64,000 nt of DNA from positions 39,062,001 to 39,126,000 of the forward strand of contig CM119371.1 in the NCBI GenBank assembly GCA_051294905.1, read 5' to 3'. This DNA comes from Botryllus schlosseri. Taxonomy: Eukaryota. A model generated the notes under the pieces. That model worked only from the letters and a program-made list of their open reading frames with translations, was not told where the DNA came from and did not search any database. Positions 40,622-54,531 of this stretch are shown piece by piece. The position numbers and the translations under genes are program-made. Numbering within the stretch: the stretch's first letter is position 1; every line of letters starts with the position of its first letter.

Positions 40622-43600
40622 ATGTAGACGAAGCACTATAAATAATAAAACAACAACAACTGGGCGATGAACTGGAGCATCCCACTGCTAAGTGAATGTG
40701 ACGCAAAACTGTAGCGATAAAGCTTACAGCAGCCTACACGTCTAGCATATCAAAGCATTAGTCATAGCCGCAAGACAATAAAACAATCCGGTTATCGCCT
40801 GAAAGTGCGTCTGGTCGTGTGGGCTTAAGAGAATCTGTGTGTGCGTCGATAGAATATGTTGGTATTTATATTTATTCAGGTCAATTCAGTTCAAATACCA
40901 CTCACGACCAACGTGACCGTTTCATTGCATGAAGTCATGGAGACACGTTATAGGCTACTCGTCAGTCATATTCTGGTCACATTATTGGCAGACTTATATG
41001 CAATGAAATGGTGTCTAATAACATCGTGATACTAATTGCTTAATTGCAAATGCGCTTATCAATATTGGAGATAGAATTGGAATTTCAGTCGAAAATATTC
41101 GTATTTATATCAACATGAATATATCATTCAATTGTATATTCAATTTCTGTGCCTCCAGGAGTCCATTGAATGAATTGCATAAACTGACTGGCGACAAAAC
41201 TCTTCGTAACTTCGCTGCCATCCTATCTGCATACATATTTCATGTGCGATATGCCCGTAATCACAATAGACAATTCGCAAGACGCAGATGTAATACAGGG
41301 AATCTCGAAATTTACACCGCTCTAAACATAAACGCAACGCTGCAGCATATGTACAAATCCGTGGCATGTAAACTGCATCCATCTTGTCATGGTGTTACGA
41401 GAATTGAACCGTTACAAGTATTGCTAGATGCGTGTTGCAGTTCAAGTGTGAAACAATACGCCAATTGGCATATTGCCGTATTTTCTGAGGTATTGTGGTT
41501 CGAATCAGCTTGTGCACGCGACCGTTAAGTTGCGTAAGCGATCTAACCTGGTAGACTTGATGGGTAACGTTATTCGCGCCACTTCCAAGTTCATAAATTA
41601 TACACTGCCTGCAGTCACCACTGTATCAGAATCTCAAGAGCTTCTTGGAGGTACAGATCGTCAATATACAATTGAATAGCACATTTCGGGTTGCTTTTTT
41701 ATTGTTTTTTTTACTGATATGACGTCACCAATATTCAATTGTGACGTCATAGTGGATTGACAATGACAATTGTAAATATAGGGTATATATACCTCCTTCG
41801 ACGACATATCTACTTACTGTAGCTGTTGAACCGATTATTTTCAGGGTTCCCACCACCATCCCATATCGTATACGTCGGCTCGGGTGGTAATTGTCCTTGG
41901 GCTTATACAATGTGTTTTTAGAGGTATTTGCACAATTATGGCATGATTTTACAAATTGAGAAATAAAAATTGTTTTACTCTGAAATGTCCTATGTTTTAA
42001 ACACGGTTTAAAACATGTTTTAAACAAAGCGTTTTAAGCAATCATTAGTTTCAAATGCAACCCTAAGTTTACGCGTATTGAAATGAACCGTCATATTTTC
42101 GCCTGACACTGACACTTCGGCACACTAGTTGCTGACGATTAACCCTGAGTCAATGTCCCCTCAAATTTTTCATGAGTCTGCGCACACTCACCAACTCACT
42201 GCGCGCTCCCCGGACAACAGTGCGTAACGACTAAAAAAAGAAGAAAAAAGGTGATCACTTTGATTGGACTGTCGAATTACCAAAATATCTCGTTAATTTT
42301 GTGGTGTTGACTAGAACAAAAGGCCATCACTTCAGCTTTTTTGTGCGCAGCTTAGATTTTCTATGCGCTGAGACCGTGTCAGCAGTCAGCACTGCGCAGT
42401 TGCGCACACGTGCAGCTTACAGGGAACAGTGTCCCTGACGAGAGTCGACCGAGAATATTCGGGCTCATTTCAATACGAATTTGAATATGCTAGTCAATTA
42501 CCACAATCTGTTATAGACTGTTCTAATCAGGTTTGCCAGCTGCGGGAAGGCAAGGGTGCCAAATATCTAATAAAGTAGTGTACATTGTCTAAAATAGTGC
42601 CAAACTATTGTTCATATTCGAAATATCTCTATACACCCTTAATAATGCAACAGTTGATATATACAGTTCATTTGTAATCTCTACGGATTTCTGATGATTA
42701 CTCCTGGCGAGTGTAAGCGGAAAATAGTCGACGTCATTTCAATATCAATACATTATTCCATTGTATATTCCACTTCTGTACCGTGAAGAGTATTCTCCGA
42801 ATAATTGCTGTTTATGCCGGTGATATTCCGATATAAATGAAGAAGAATTGGCTGAAGCTGTTCAATTACGCTACTTGAAGTAGTTCGATTTTTCACTGTA
42901 TAAGGTAGTTTCGTTAAATAAAACCCGTTCCATAATAACCCATCCGTAGTGGCCCGTAGACGAAGTCAGGGCCTATACCCTGTGCTTTGAATCTCCTCAA
43001 AACATGGCATTTCCGTAAGAGCACTTGTCACGCTTCTAAAACGTGCTGCAGTAACTTCTCATCAGTTATCAAAGTGCCAAGATAGTGGCAATGTGTTAAT
43101 GTTAACGTGGCGGCGCCAAACAGCTTGAAAAACTGACAAAATCCTGATACGAAAACGCTGGTTCTAAACCATTTTTGCATCTTCGCCTCCGCTACATCGG
43201 CATATCACGAATGTTTAGTATCGACAAGCGGACTGCAAAGTCATGGCAAGCGTCTTGAAAATCCCATCGTCAAGCAATAACTCTCTTCGCCGGAGGCCTG
43301 GCAGAAGCCACTAAACTTGTAAAAACACAGGATTAAGTAGTAAACACTACAGCGACTTGTTTACTACTGACATCGAAATATAAGGTGGTCTTGTAGAAAT
43401 GTAGGCTATGACCTTACTTCGAATCAGGCTTATACAACTAGATAATTCAAGTTTTCTAATCAGAATAATCAGAGAGAAATGCCGATAATCTAATTCTGGT
43501 CTATTTAGTAAATATTTTCATCTTCTCATTTTAATGCTAATTTAATTTATGGTTTTTCTGAAAATGGTACAAGAGAATTGTATAGTGCAAAATGAGCCAA

Positions 43601-44199
43601 GCTTGGTGTACAGACCTATATAATTCTAATGCTTATGATAATGAAATGTATGATTCGATGTGAACTGAATTTGGTTTTTGTTGCCTTCCTTTCCAATTAC
43701 CAATTTGATTCAGTTTTCAATTTTTTGCAAATGCATTGAATGAAATTATAATCTAATTTGGGCGGAAATTAAGCTGAACCCTACCGAAAGCAGCTTTGCG
43801 TGCAAATGCCGCAATTCGAGAAAAAAACGATCGTTGGCTGATATTTGAAGCAACCGGGAAAATCGTCAATATATTTGAAACCTTTTACTTTTATATATTG
43901 ATATATTTTACGGTAGCAGCAGCTTCAAATTCAGCCTCTGGGAGTAATGGCGATCAGAGCCGTAAATACAATACTTATTGGCATCAATTGTGGAAATTGA
44001 CGCAATGTTATTCTGATTACTCGAATTCGATGAGATATCATTGCTCTGTAGCGCATCTACGCAGAAAGTAAATTATCACAACTTGCACGATGGAATATTT
44101 TGCTTTTGTACCTGAAACGCATTGGCCGCTGCGATGCCATTGCGGAATTAGTGTGAGTACACATAATAAGCAATCGCGATAGTGGAGTTAAATCAATAT

Positions 44200-44690
44200 C
44201 TGAGACATAAGTCCTTAGTGCAGACTATTCAAAGGTAGAAATGAAATTTCCCAAACATAAGCTCTGTAGAATTTCCGATAGAAAGCGACTAAATCAATTA
44301 CGCAGATCTGAAATTCCATTCTTTCTTACAGACGTATGCTATCACAACTTTGATGTTAACTCGCTTGGGGCAATGCAATGCAACAAAATATGTGTGTGCC
44401 GTCGAGTATATGATGATGCATGCGAGGTCGAGGCATATCAATCACTATCATCTTCGTGCGTATTTATCACAGATGCAACGACATACGTTTGTCGCGACAA
44501 GTATCGTAGTATACGATAATGTATGCGAGGTCACAATCATTTTCGTGCGTATTGATCACAGCAAATGCATCAGGCATAACATCGAGCGTATGGCTGTGAC
44601 TGTAGAATTAGTTGATCTAGCGATAGCTACTAGAATGCGGGCAACTCTTACGTTGATGTTTGTGAGTCAGGCGCTTCATTGCTGCGGTTT
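44200..44690 (-). pseudogene. XK-related relic with a short internal tandem duplication
   Basis: TLDVMPDAFAVI (XK TM1-like DxxxD); LI*SLSIGNSTELMFG vs VHESIVGLKTVEILTG. Confidence 0.4.
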
Positions 44691-44864
44691 TTGATGTTTC
44701 GGGTAGTAGAGTTAGAGTTATGCGCGATACCGTGGCGCTTTCACATTAAACTTTTCGTAAATGCCACTCTAAGATTATTCAGATCTCAGTAAGGAAAATC
44801 CACGAGATAATTTGTTATGTACAGTTGAGTGAATCGGATTGATCTGGCGGCGGATGGTCTAGTA

Positions 44865-47383
44865 CAGGGGACTCAAACTCTAATGTGGTCGCGGGCCAAT
44901 TTCCTTAATTTTGATGGCGCCGCGGGCCGCAGCATCAATAATCGGAGTATTCAATATATTTCCAAGTAGGCTATATTTGACAGGAACTTTTAGACCGGCA
45001 TTTCACCATCATCGTGATAATGTAACTTACTATTGTACAATTTTAGCTTGGTATGAAAAAATCATAAAGCCTATTCACATAAGATCGCGCGTAGCGCGAA
45101 TAATATTTTTCATTTGAATAAATTGGCGCAGAAAATATTCCACTTTTTTGTTGTTTGCAAATTATTTTTAAGATATAGATAGCATATATTAATAATTAAA
45201 CAATGCATGCTACCTCGAAGAAGTCCACGGATTCCTGGTTAGGAACCCCCGGATAGAACTGTTCAATCGCCGAAGAATCCATTGGTGCTATATCTGTGGA
45301 GCGTATACGCTTTCTGGTATTCTGGTATACCACTACCGTACTCAACACCAGTGTTGGGATGACTCAAGTCATGACTTGACTCGAGTCAGACTCGAGTCAC
45401 CTTTTTCGTAAGACTTGACTTGACTCGAGTCACTCTGCCAAAATGGCTTGACTCGGCGTATCAAAAATGTGGATTGACTCGTGACTCGGTGCAAAATTCA
45501 CGAGTCAATTTCAAGTCATCAAGTAATCGGTGTCGATAAAAATCCCTGTATCTTGCATATGGTCGGACTGTTCGCTGAATGCTGGTGTAACCCGTGAGAG
45601 TGACCAATCTTTCAGTGACCGTGCGCTTTACTGAACCTCCATTGTTCTCTCACACATAAATTGACCGCTAACGAAGTGATCGAAACTTACAGATTACGTT
45701 GTCGTAAACTAGTACCGTAGAGTAATTTAATAGCAAAATGTATATTTCCGTTCTCTGTTCTTTCCTTAACCAAACCTCTTGTTTTTCAAATATAGTTGAT
45801 TTCGTCCTCAACCATTAGCGTAGGCTTGAATTGTATCATATCAATTTGTAAATGGATTATGTATTGCATCTTGTCAATTCGTTTCTCTATTCTCTATTTT
45901 GGCTGGTAACTATAAACTGAGGCTGTGCTATTACTTACGTAGTTCAGCAGTTCTACGCATATCTGAGCGATACAGCGCCTTATATTCGCTAATTGGTTCA
46001 GAATCAATGACCACTCAATCTGTATTTCAGACAGCGAGCAAAATGCAATGACATAATCATGCCTCATACTTCAAGAAGGCAACTTGACTTGAATTGTGAC
46101 TTGACTCGTGACTTGACTTGACTTGACTCGACTTGACTCGAGTCACCTCCTAAAATCGAGTGACATGACTTGACTCGAGTCACCTTTGAAAATCGATTGA
46201 CTTGACTTGACTCGAGTCAAAATGGGCAATGACTCGAGATGACTCGTGACTCGAAAAGATTGACTTGATCCCAACACTGCTCAACACAGGCGACAATAAC
46301 ATGGATAAAGACATCAAAGATAACCCTGCAGGATGTAACTAAATATGTATATCATGGTGGTAACAAAACGCCATAGATTTCCATGCTGACCGGACTAGAT
46401 AGCAATATATGCAACGTAGGCTACGACATTTTGATACATTACTATTGCCCACGGCTGTTTGATAGTTTGTTGCGTACGTGGGCGTTCCGAGTCACAAGTC
46501 CTTCTCTATGTCAACGCATCACCCAACACAACTTGATTCATTTTAATTTTATCACCCATTCTGTCCGAATTCGAGTAATTTTACGAACGGTCGAGTCTAT
46601 GGTTGCATTTAAAACAAAAATTAATTTAAAACAAACATGTTTAAAACAAGGTCCTAATTTAAAACATGTTTTTCAAATGTTTTTCATTCGTTTTTTTGAA
46701 AGTCATGACGTCATGAATATTCAATTGTGACGTCGTAGTGGATTGGCATTGGCAATTGAAAAATAGGGTAAAAATAGCTAATTTGACGAAATATATGTAC
46801 TATTGCTGTTGAACCGACTATAGGGTTCTGACCATCTCATATCGATATAGGCTACATCGGCTATATCCGATGTAAATTGTTCGTAGACTCATGCAACATG
46901 TTTTTTGGAAAGTCTTTACACAATTATGGCATTAGTTTGAAAAAAAAAAATTTTAAGGCCTCTTTTTAAAACACTGTTTAAAACATGTTTTGAACAAAGT
47001 GTTTTAAAAAACCGTTTGGTGGAAATGCAACCCTATTCGCGTCCAAGTCCAAATCACAATTTTCACTCACGAATCATCAACGGGTCATGTTTTATCATTA
47101 TGAACAAGAAGTGTGACATATTAGCTGATCGTCCACCGCATGGTAGCGTTTGAAAGCGATGTGATAGTGAAATCTGATGAGATTTCAGGTTTTGGAGTAG
47201 TTTTGGCAGTTTGATTAGTGTTCTAGTTTTTTGAGTAGTTTTAAAGAGAACTGCAAGTTCTCAAATCTGAAAAAGATATGTGGCAGTAGCATATCTTATT
47301 GAATAATGAATATAATTGAAAATCCACAATGCCGTCGCGGGCCGCACATATTGTCCTCGCGGGCCGCGTGTTTGAGGCCCCTG
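44865..47383. mobile_element. Buster/Charlie hAT element hosting 45349-46279 and 46598-47035
   Basis: CAGGGG...CCCCTG ends, perfect TSD gtctagta. Confidence 0.85.
45349..46279. mobile_element. GACTC/GACTT-repeat hAT MITE (CAGTGTTGGGAT TIR)
   Basis: Perfect TSD ctcaacac. Confidence 0.9.
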
Positions 47384-47798
47384 GTCTAGTACTCTATAGT
47401 AGATTGATGTATATTGCCAAATAGGGATTCTGCTCGCTTACAAAGCCCTAAAGCAGAAGTGTCGAGCCCGCGAAGTGTCAAGTGTCAAGTCGGCGAATCA
47501 ATCCTGAGTAGTTCATCGTGAACAATCTGTCGCGACAGCGACAAATGCCGGATTAGATCCGTTCGACGCCAAAATCCGAGAAGAATTATTCATATATTTC
47601 ATACCTTTCCTTTTCCATTTTACTTAAAGTACCTTTGACGTTGTTGGCATTGGAAACAAACGCATTACCTATGGCTTCTGTTTCAAAATGAATAAGTGAA
47701 TATTGCAGAAATGTCATTATTAGGCTTTATTCATGTCGCGTCGTGACATCGAATTGTGCTTTAACCCGATTCGTAAATGTATGCATGAAACAGTACTG

Positions 47799-48730
47799 AT
47801 GGATTCTGATCAAATGTTTATGGACCTGTGAACCAGCCGGCATTACGACCAGGTGGCCGGTGGGAAATCCGAGAACTACGAAAGTCCAACCTCTCTGTGG
47901 CTGGAACATATTGCGGGAGTTTCTTCCACTCTTACGCTACTGGAATTACTTTCGGGTGTCTACTCCGTAGTCATTTACTCGAACATCAAAGATGATTACA
48001 CGTGGGGAGCTGAAGCCTTTGCGATAGCGACATCCGGCTGGGCCTGGTGTTCCGTCCTGTCCGCGATCAGCATTGTAAGCGTGAAGTCTCCATATCGACA
48101 TGGGGTGACACAAAGAGATCTACCTGAAATTGTGGTTAATCTCAAAATTCTTGAGATTGTCACGGGATCAATCCCGCGAATGCTGGTAGCTTGGGAGGCA
48201 CTGTCAATGTGTCCGGCGCTAGATGGCTATCGACGAATTTATATTTACTTTCGTTGGGTTTGTTACTTCTCGATATGTGCTATGGCATCGCAATAGCGGT
48301 CGACTTTAAAACCTCTCTGATAGATGTAATGAATTCGCAAATGCTTTTGACGTATGCAGGGGATTTCGGATCGGTGAGAAAGCCGGTCGTATTTTTGTCA
48401 ATATTTTGGTGCTTACTTTTGTACGAACGCAATTTGGTTGGGGGCTTACTTTATTGATCTTTGTTTACCTGGTATATAGAAAACTCCTGCCGGCCTCTTC
48501 CCTGTAGATACAGCCTGTCAGTCAGTATGCGCCTTTTTCGAAATAAAAGATTTCGTGTTGATGTTTAGTGTTCATCGAACAATTCTGTACGGTACTCTGG
48601 GTGGGCTCCCATAGTGTTGAACGTCATACCAGGCTTGGCGTATTTTTGGACGTGGGTTTGGTGGATATGGGTGAATGCATATTCATACTTTAGGGATTTG
48701 CACTCTCCGAGCGTACAATGCAAGGCATAA
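47799..48730 (+). pseudogene. Pseudogene paralog of the XK-related ORF
   Basis: GVYSVVIY..KDD, LKILEIVTGSIPRM, CYGIAI, TQFGW, LNVIP align to the 57947 ORF; early TGA (~47829), frameshifts near 48245 and 48375, internal deletion. Confidence 0.88.
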
Positions 48731-48940
48731 ACAGGGTTAGTATGACTGTGGGCTGAATATACCAAAGAATAATCATACTGGGTTGTTTCAAGCTGGTCTG
48801 GCTGATCAGGTAGTTGCTGTGCGATTAAATCATCGTGATACTCGACGGAATTGTTAACGCAGGATTTAGTCGACGGGTAACATGCTTTTAGTAGTAGATC
48901 TGAGGCGACCTCTTTCCAATTTGCAGTTGCACGTTCAACC

Positions 48941-49307
48941 TAGGGTTACCATATGTACTCTTCCAAGAGGATTTGTCCTCATTTTTCAATAAATTGAAAG
49001 TGTCATCGGAGGACGCCTAATTGTCCCCTTTTATAGGAAATTTGCCCTATCTTTTTAGACAAAGTGTTCAAATGCGACCAAAAACCGGACTCCGGTGCTT
49101 CGAACGCCGGAGTTGGCAATGCTATCAACGAAAAATACGGCGCGACCGGTATTTTGGCAGTAGATGTGGGAAAGCTGACCTTTTTTGTCAATTTAGTACA
49201 ATGGGTAGAAAATTTTTCAAAATCACCAGTTTGTTTTTGGTATACTAGAGATTTCAGAATTTTTAAAGTGTATTCTCTTTTACGGATCTCAAAATAGGTT
49301 AACCCTA
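48941..49307. mobile_element. hAT MITE (TAGGGTTACC family; relatives near 5760, 8200 and 57160-57592)
   Basis: Perfect TSD gttcaacc. Confidence 0.88.
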
Positions 49308-49532
49308 GTTCAACCACACTATATATAGTTGCAATATTCGGAAAATATATGAGGGTACCACGATATAATTGTATTGATAATTCCACTCTGGAAGCAAACC
49401 AGACAACTATATATTTCATTTGCGAAAAATAAAGAGTAATAAGTCAAGTGTTGCCTAAATACTTTCAAGTAGAAATAGGAAGTTCAAAATTTTCGTAGTG
49501 GTATATAATCCACAGCTGCAACACCGATGGTA

Positions 49533-49579
49533 AAGAGAGGGGGGAGAGAGAGAGAGATGGAGAGAGAGAAAGAGGGGGA
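49533..49579 (+). repeat. (GA)n / purine microsatellite
   Basis: Directly visible. Confidence 0.8.
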
Positions 49580-50639
49580 CTGATTCGTGGAAGAGGGAGT
49601 GCAGGAATAGTCGCCATGAAAAAATGCATTGCACTGTTGAAATTGCCACTGTGCCATTGTCGTGGAGCATGAAGCCACACTATAAGCTACACTGCCGCAA
49701 CTTATGAATAAAATTGCCGTACCTATTTCTCACTTTGCGAAAATAAAGAGTAGTAAGTCAGTAGTATTGTCTAAAAACTCTCAAGTAAAAATGGAAAGTT
49801 AAAAATTTCCATAGGTCCGTCAGTACTATCCAACATTCTTTTTCTAGTGACCGACCGCTTTCGCATGACCTGTACTGTTGACGAGCCATAAGCTTGATGT
49901 ACAAACATTTGCTATTCTCGGCTTATATGAGAGTAAATTTAGATATGATATAAACTGAGCATGATTTGTATTGTAATTATTTCTAATTCGGAAATTAATT
50001 TAATTTCCAAGTTTTCGCGAATTCACTAATTATAATTATAATCTAATATGGGGAAACAACCGTGTCGCTTAAAATTATATTAATAATCTAGTTAGGAAAA
50101 GCTGAAAATTTTCTACTTGTCCAATTCTACTCAAGAAGCTTTATGTGCAAGTACTGCTAGTTGAGAAAAAAATTACATATGGCGGATATAATTGGTGCCA
50201 GCACCGACAGAAACCGCAATATGTCAAGCCTGAAAAATAGCTTATTTGTAGTAAAGTTAGCGCGAACGTGCAGCTCTGCTGTTAAGTTTCTCAGAAAGCT
50301 CCGTGCATATCATGCTGAATGATCAAACGGTTCTGAGTTTGATTCAAATTGTAACAAAAGCATTAGATTCCGCCCAGATGAGTCGTCTTACAACATTATT
50401 CTGCCTCCTCGGACCTGAGCATTATCGTTCATATTTGCACAACATAGTGTCGCTTATCGCCCTTTTCAGGCTATATGTGTACCACGACCCTTGGATCCTT
50501 GGTTATCTGTTTAAATTAATTGGCATCACGATGTTGCGTTTACATCGAACAATACAATTACAGATTACACGTGCTGAGGGGAATCCTCGCATATCTGAAC
50601 TGTTTTCTGGAATGGAACAGCGTACGTCACATTGATTTG

Positions 50640-52534
50640 TAGGGATGGAGTGAACGTGAGGTTCACGTTCGCGTTCTGTGTGAAAACCTCAAAATTTAGC
50701 GGTTCACGTTCACAAACGAACCTTGGTAGGTTCTGCACTGTGAACCTTTTTCATATATTACAATTTCCACTTCATTATAACATCTTTGGTTGAAGTTTAT
50801 TGCATTTCAATTGCGGGTCACTCTATGCATGGCAGTATAAAAAATCAACACTAAACGAGCATGCACTTAAAAATCTCAAAATTTTACTTGCTTTATTACA
50901 AAAGTTTGCTCGAAATATCCAGCTTTCCGTTTGTGAATATTTAGTGACTCTCTGCTGTGAGCTTGACCGGCATAATCACACAACATCAAGAGCGAAATGC
51001 ACTACATGAAGGTGGTCAGCGAATGATGCTCATTCAACCAATCGATGAAATTGATATCGTTGTTTGATGTAAAAATTGAATAGTATATTCATATTGAGAT
51101 AAACCCGAATATTTTCGGCTGACACTCGTCAGGGGTAATCGTCAGCTACTAGTAGAGAATTAGGAAGAACATTGTATATCAACAATCGTATCACAAAATA
51201 TGACGTCACCAGCATGAAATTTCAAACGATAGAGGGTTCAGTGTACTATTTTCAGGATGTAAAAAATATAGCAGGCGTTGTACGGGGTAAATCTCGAATT
51301 CATATGCTTATTGTATCATAAAAACGAAATCCATGCGATGGGGGTGTTGGCTACTGCTATATGACTTGGTGATGGGGTGATATCGGTTGAGAGTATAAAA
51401 ACGAGCTTTACACTCTGCTCACTATTAACGTACCAATACTCAGACGCCGAATACATTGCCTGGCTTAGACAGTTAAGACGTAAGTATATATTCCCTTGCA
51501 AGTCCTCGTCGAAATTGTTGGCAAAGCGATAGAAGATATTGATTTTATGGGATTATTATATCATTTGATTGCTCCGGTTGATACATTTGGTGACGTCTAA
51601 AGACATCAATATGTACTTCAGCACAGCATTGCTGCATTATGTGACCCGAGTCGTCGCTAGGTATCGTGTACAGTACATTAACAAAGGCTATCACTTCACA
51701 GAAATGTAGGGCTAGAATTAGCAGAATGACTATGCATTTTGAATGAATGCATGAATGCATTTTTGTGGTGTATTGAACTGATAAAATTGCTAATAAACCA
51801 ATGATGATGATGATGATGATTCATCGTTTCAAAACACCATAAAACTGCGATGCGGTGAAGGGATAGGAGGGTGTCGGGACGACTTGGAGTGGTTTTTGAG
51901 ATCAGACACCAGTCTTGGCCTGGGCGAGGTGAGGAGGAGGTATGCACACTGAATGAAAAGTAATGCGGAAACTAGAAATCGCCAAGTTTATGTATCAGTT
52001 TCACTGCGGTCGTTGCCCCGAATATTTCAATGACTTCTTTACCTCTGAATCAAAAGCGCCAACTACAACACACGCGCGTCCACGTCGTCCAAATATCATA
52101 TGATCGACCGAAAAGATCATCGCTCCATCAAATATGCCGGACCTGATGTGTGGAACAATATCCCGCCGGCCATCGACCTATCGATCTCGCTTCCCATGAC
52201 ATGCCGCCCTATTTCTTGTCGCATTCTTTTTCTATACTATCTTCTTTACTTTCATTCAGTGTGCATGCCTCCTCCTTACATCGCCTAGGCCAAGGTGGGT
52301 GTCAGATTCCATAGACTACTCCTTGTCGCTTCGACATCTTCCTGTCTTTTCATTGTATCGCATTTTTGTGGTGTATTGAACTGACAAAATTGCTAATAAA
52401 CCAATGATGATGATGATGATGATGACGTCACGTGACGTCATGAGGTTCGCGTTCGCGTTCACACCACAAAGAACGTTTCAAAAAGGTTTGCGTTCACACG
52501 AACTTGAACCTTTCGGACGTTCATACCATCCTTA
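50640..52534. mobile_element. GTTCAC-repeat hAT element carrying LINE fragments
   Basis: TAGGGATGG...CCATCCTTA, perfect TSD ttgatttg. Confidence 0.85.
51965..52425 (+). mobile_element. 5'-truncated CR1/L2-group LINE: ORF2 C-terminus and 3' UTR with (TGA)n tail
   Basis: KLEIAKFMYQF...YFNDFF...RSIKYAGPDVWNNIP; AATAAA followed by (TGA)n; related 3' UTR at 34990-35190 (minus). Confidence 0.8.
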
Positions 52535-52929
52535 TTGATTTGCAATAAATAATGGCTTTTCCAGTAATCCATAGTAATATCTTGTTTGTATATTGTGGTA
52601 GGTTTTGGGGTTTATGTCTTACCGAAATTTAGGAGTTCGACGAAAACTTGCCGATTAGAGTAAGTGTTCCGTGGGTTAGTAAAGTTTCAGAACCAATGCA
52701 CTATAGATCAGATTATACCGATTACACTATAACATGGTAGTTCAACTCACGCAAAATTTACCAAGATTATTTTCTTATTTTCAAAACCAACGTCTGAAAA
52801 GTTCGTAATTTTGCCTGAAAACTGTCAAATGACAGTGGAGGTCATCCACTATAACGTACGCAGGCAACATCGACTTGATTACTCGTGAAAATAAAAGCAC
52901 TTAGTTACTTTCCACGGTCACAACGCAAT

Positions 52930-53320
52930 TGTTGCCTAGCTGATAACAGCGTGACGGTTGAATCCGTACACGCGAGAGAAGAATCCCACATCTTGGGTGT
53001 TTTCTCGCTGCGAGCAATGCAACGCAGTACGTTGGTGTAGCTTACTGCTAGCGCGCGCACTATACATGGAAATGGATATAAAGCGAGCTCGAGGGAAATG
53101 ACTTCCGTTTTGGTGAGTATCCAACGCCTCGAGAGCATCAGGTATAGCAGTGCGAGTGTCGCTGCAACCGTGGAATTATTGATCTATTGATAGCAGTTGG
53201 GTTACGTGGTAATATTGCGTTGTTGCGTGTATTCCGTGCTCTTCACAGCTGCAGTTTTTGTATTGTTTCTAGCAGTCGTGTGATAGAAGTATAGCTACAC
53301 ACAGTTTTCTCCAAATTAGA
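52930..53320 (+). pseudogene. XK-related relic
   Basis: REMTSVLVSIQRLESI (~53092) vs RDLPEIVVNLKILEIV; SSRVI downstream. Confidence 0.5.
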
Positions 53321-54239
53321 TCAAAAACGTGGAAATTGATCTCAATTCTAAACTAGCAAGAATTACTAAAAAAAATAAGTTCGATTCATTTGAAATAAGA
53401 GATCATTCTCAGTAGCAAGAAAATGGCAAATGCCTGAACACCAAGCTTGGCTCGTGTCGCGCGATACAGATCCCTTGTAGCATTTTCAAGAAAAGCAGAA
53501 ATTAGACTAGAATTAAAATTAAATCACGGAAACATATTGCAGAGAAGATTAGAATTAGATCAGCTTTGCATTTAGCACTAACTGGTAAAATTAATCCACA
53601 AATTAAACTGGTAGAATTATCGCATTCGCATGAAGTTACAATTATTGTATGTTTCCACTTGAACCTGTTCCGATCTTAACAAAGCAAATACGAACAGCAA
53701 TTCGCTGTGTACAGCTTACGTATCTCTGTAGACTGAGTAAAACAGAATGATCTAGCGATAGCTGTAGCTACCGTAATGTAGACGGCGCGGTCGATATGTT
53801 GCATCGTCACGTTTCTGCTCGCTTACAAAGCTCTGTAAGCTCTCTTACAAAAGTCCATGCGCAGTTCGTGTATTGTTTTGATAGGAAAAGGAAACTCGAT
53901 CAAGTGACGCGTTCATAGACAGTTCTTGAGATCAATCAAAAAGGAATCAGTCTGGCCATACGCCGTTAAAAGAATAGAACCGGCTAGTCACTGCTAAGAG
54001 CGCCAAGTATAGGAGTCAGGGTCGTGCTTTAGAGAACTGAAATACTAATTTGAGTTTGAGAACGAGAACGGGGAATTCAAATTAAGTCGCTGGAATTCCT
54101 GCAGCATGCTGTATTGTTCAGTAGGCCTGCAACTGTTTAGGTTTAATGCTAATGTATGATGAAAGAGATAATATATAATGTAACCTTTTCTTAGCCAATC
54201 GCAAGTTTTCACCGCATAAGCGACATTTGCCTCATTACG

Positions 54240-54500
54240 TGACTAAAAATTGGCCGTGAATGTTCCTGCGCGACATCGATCTGTCTAGCTATATATGTAT
54301 TTGTAATATCACGTGGGGAGCTGGTCATCAGAAGATCTAACACCACAGCATTACGAAGTTGTAAACCGAGAGTAACTTCAATAGTAATTTGTCGTAGTTG
54401 CGGTCGCCTACGCCCTACGGGCCTACATGTCTTTGAAAGCTGCAACTGTCTGCAAACATAAATATCAAAATCACAGAAGCTCAAATATGCAGATGCCTGT
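54240..54500 (+). pseudogene. XK-related relic
   Basis: 13-nt identity acgtggggagctg (54311 vs 48000, TWGA); FVVVAVAY; INIKITE vs VNLKILE. Confidence 0.5.
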
Positions 54501-54531
54501 GTTTTGTTTAGATTTTAGGTAATCTCATTCC

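Larger units (their letters stand above)
50303..52700 (+). pseudogene. XK-related relic split by the hAT element at 50640-52534
   Basis: LFCLLGP, HDPWILGYLF, ISELFSG before the insertion; LYIVVGFGVY after it. Confidence 0.45.

Noticed and set aside
49003..49419. 138-aa ORF and overlapping ORFs
   Set aside because: Lie largely within MITE 48941-49307
49419..49810. ~75-bp diverged direct repeat
   Set aside because: Ordinary local duplication with no further signal
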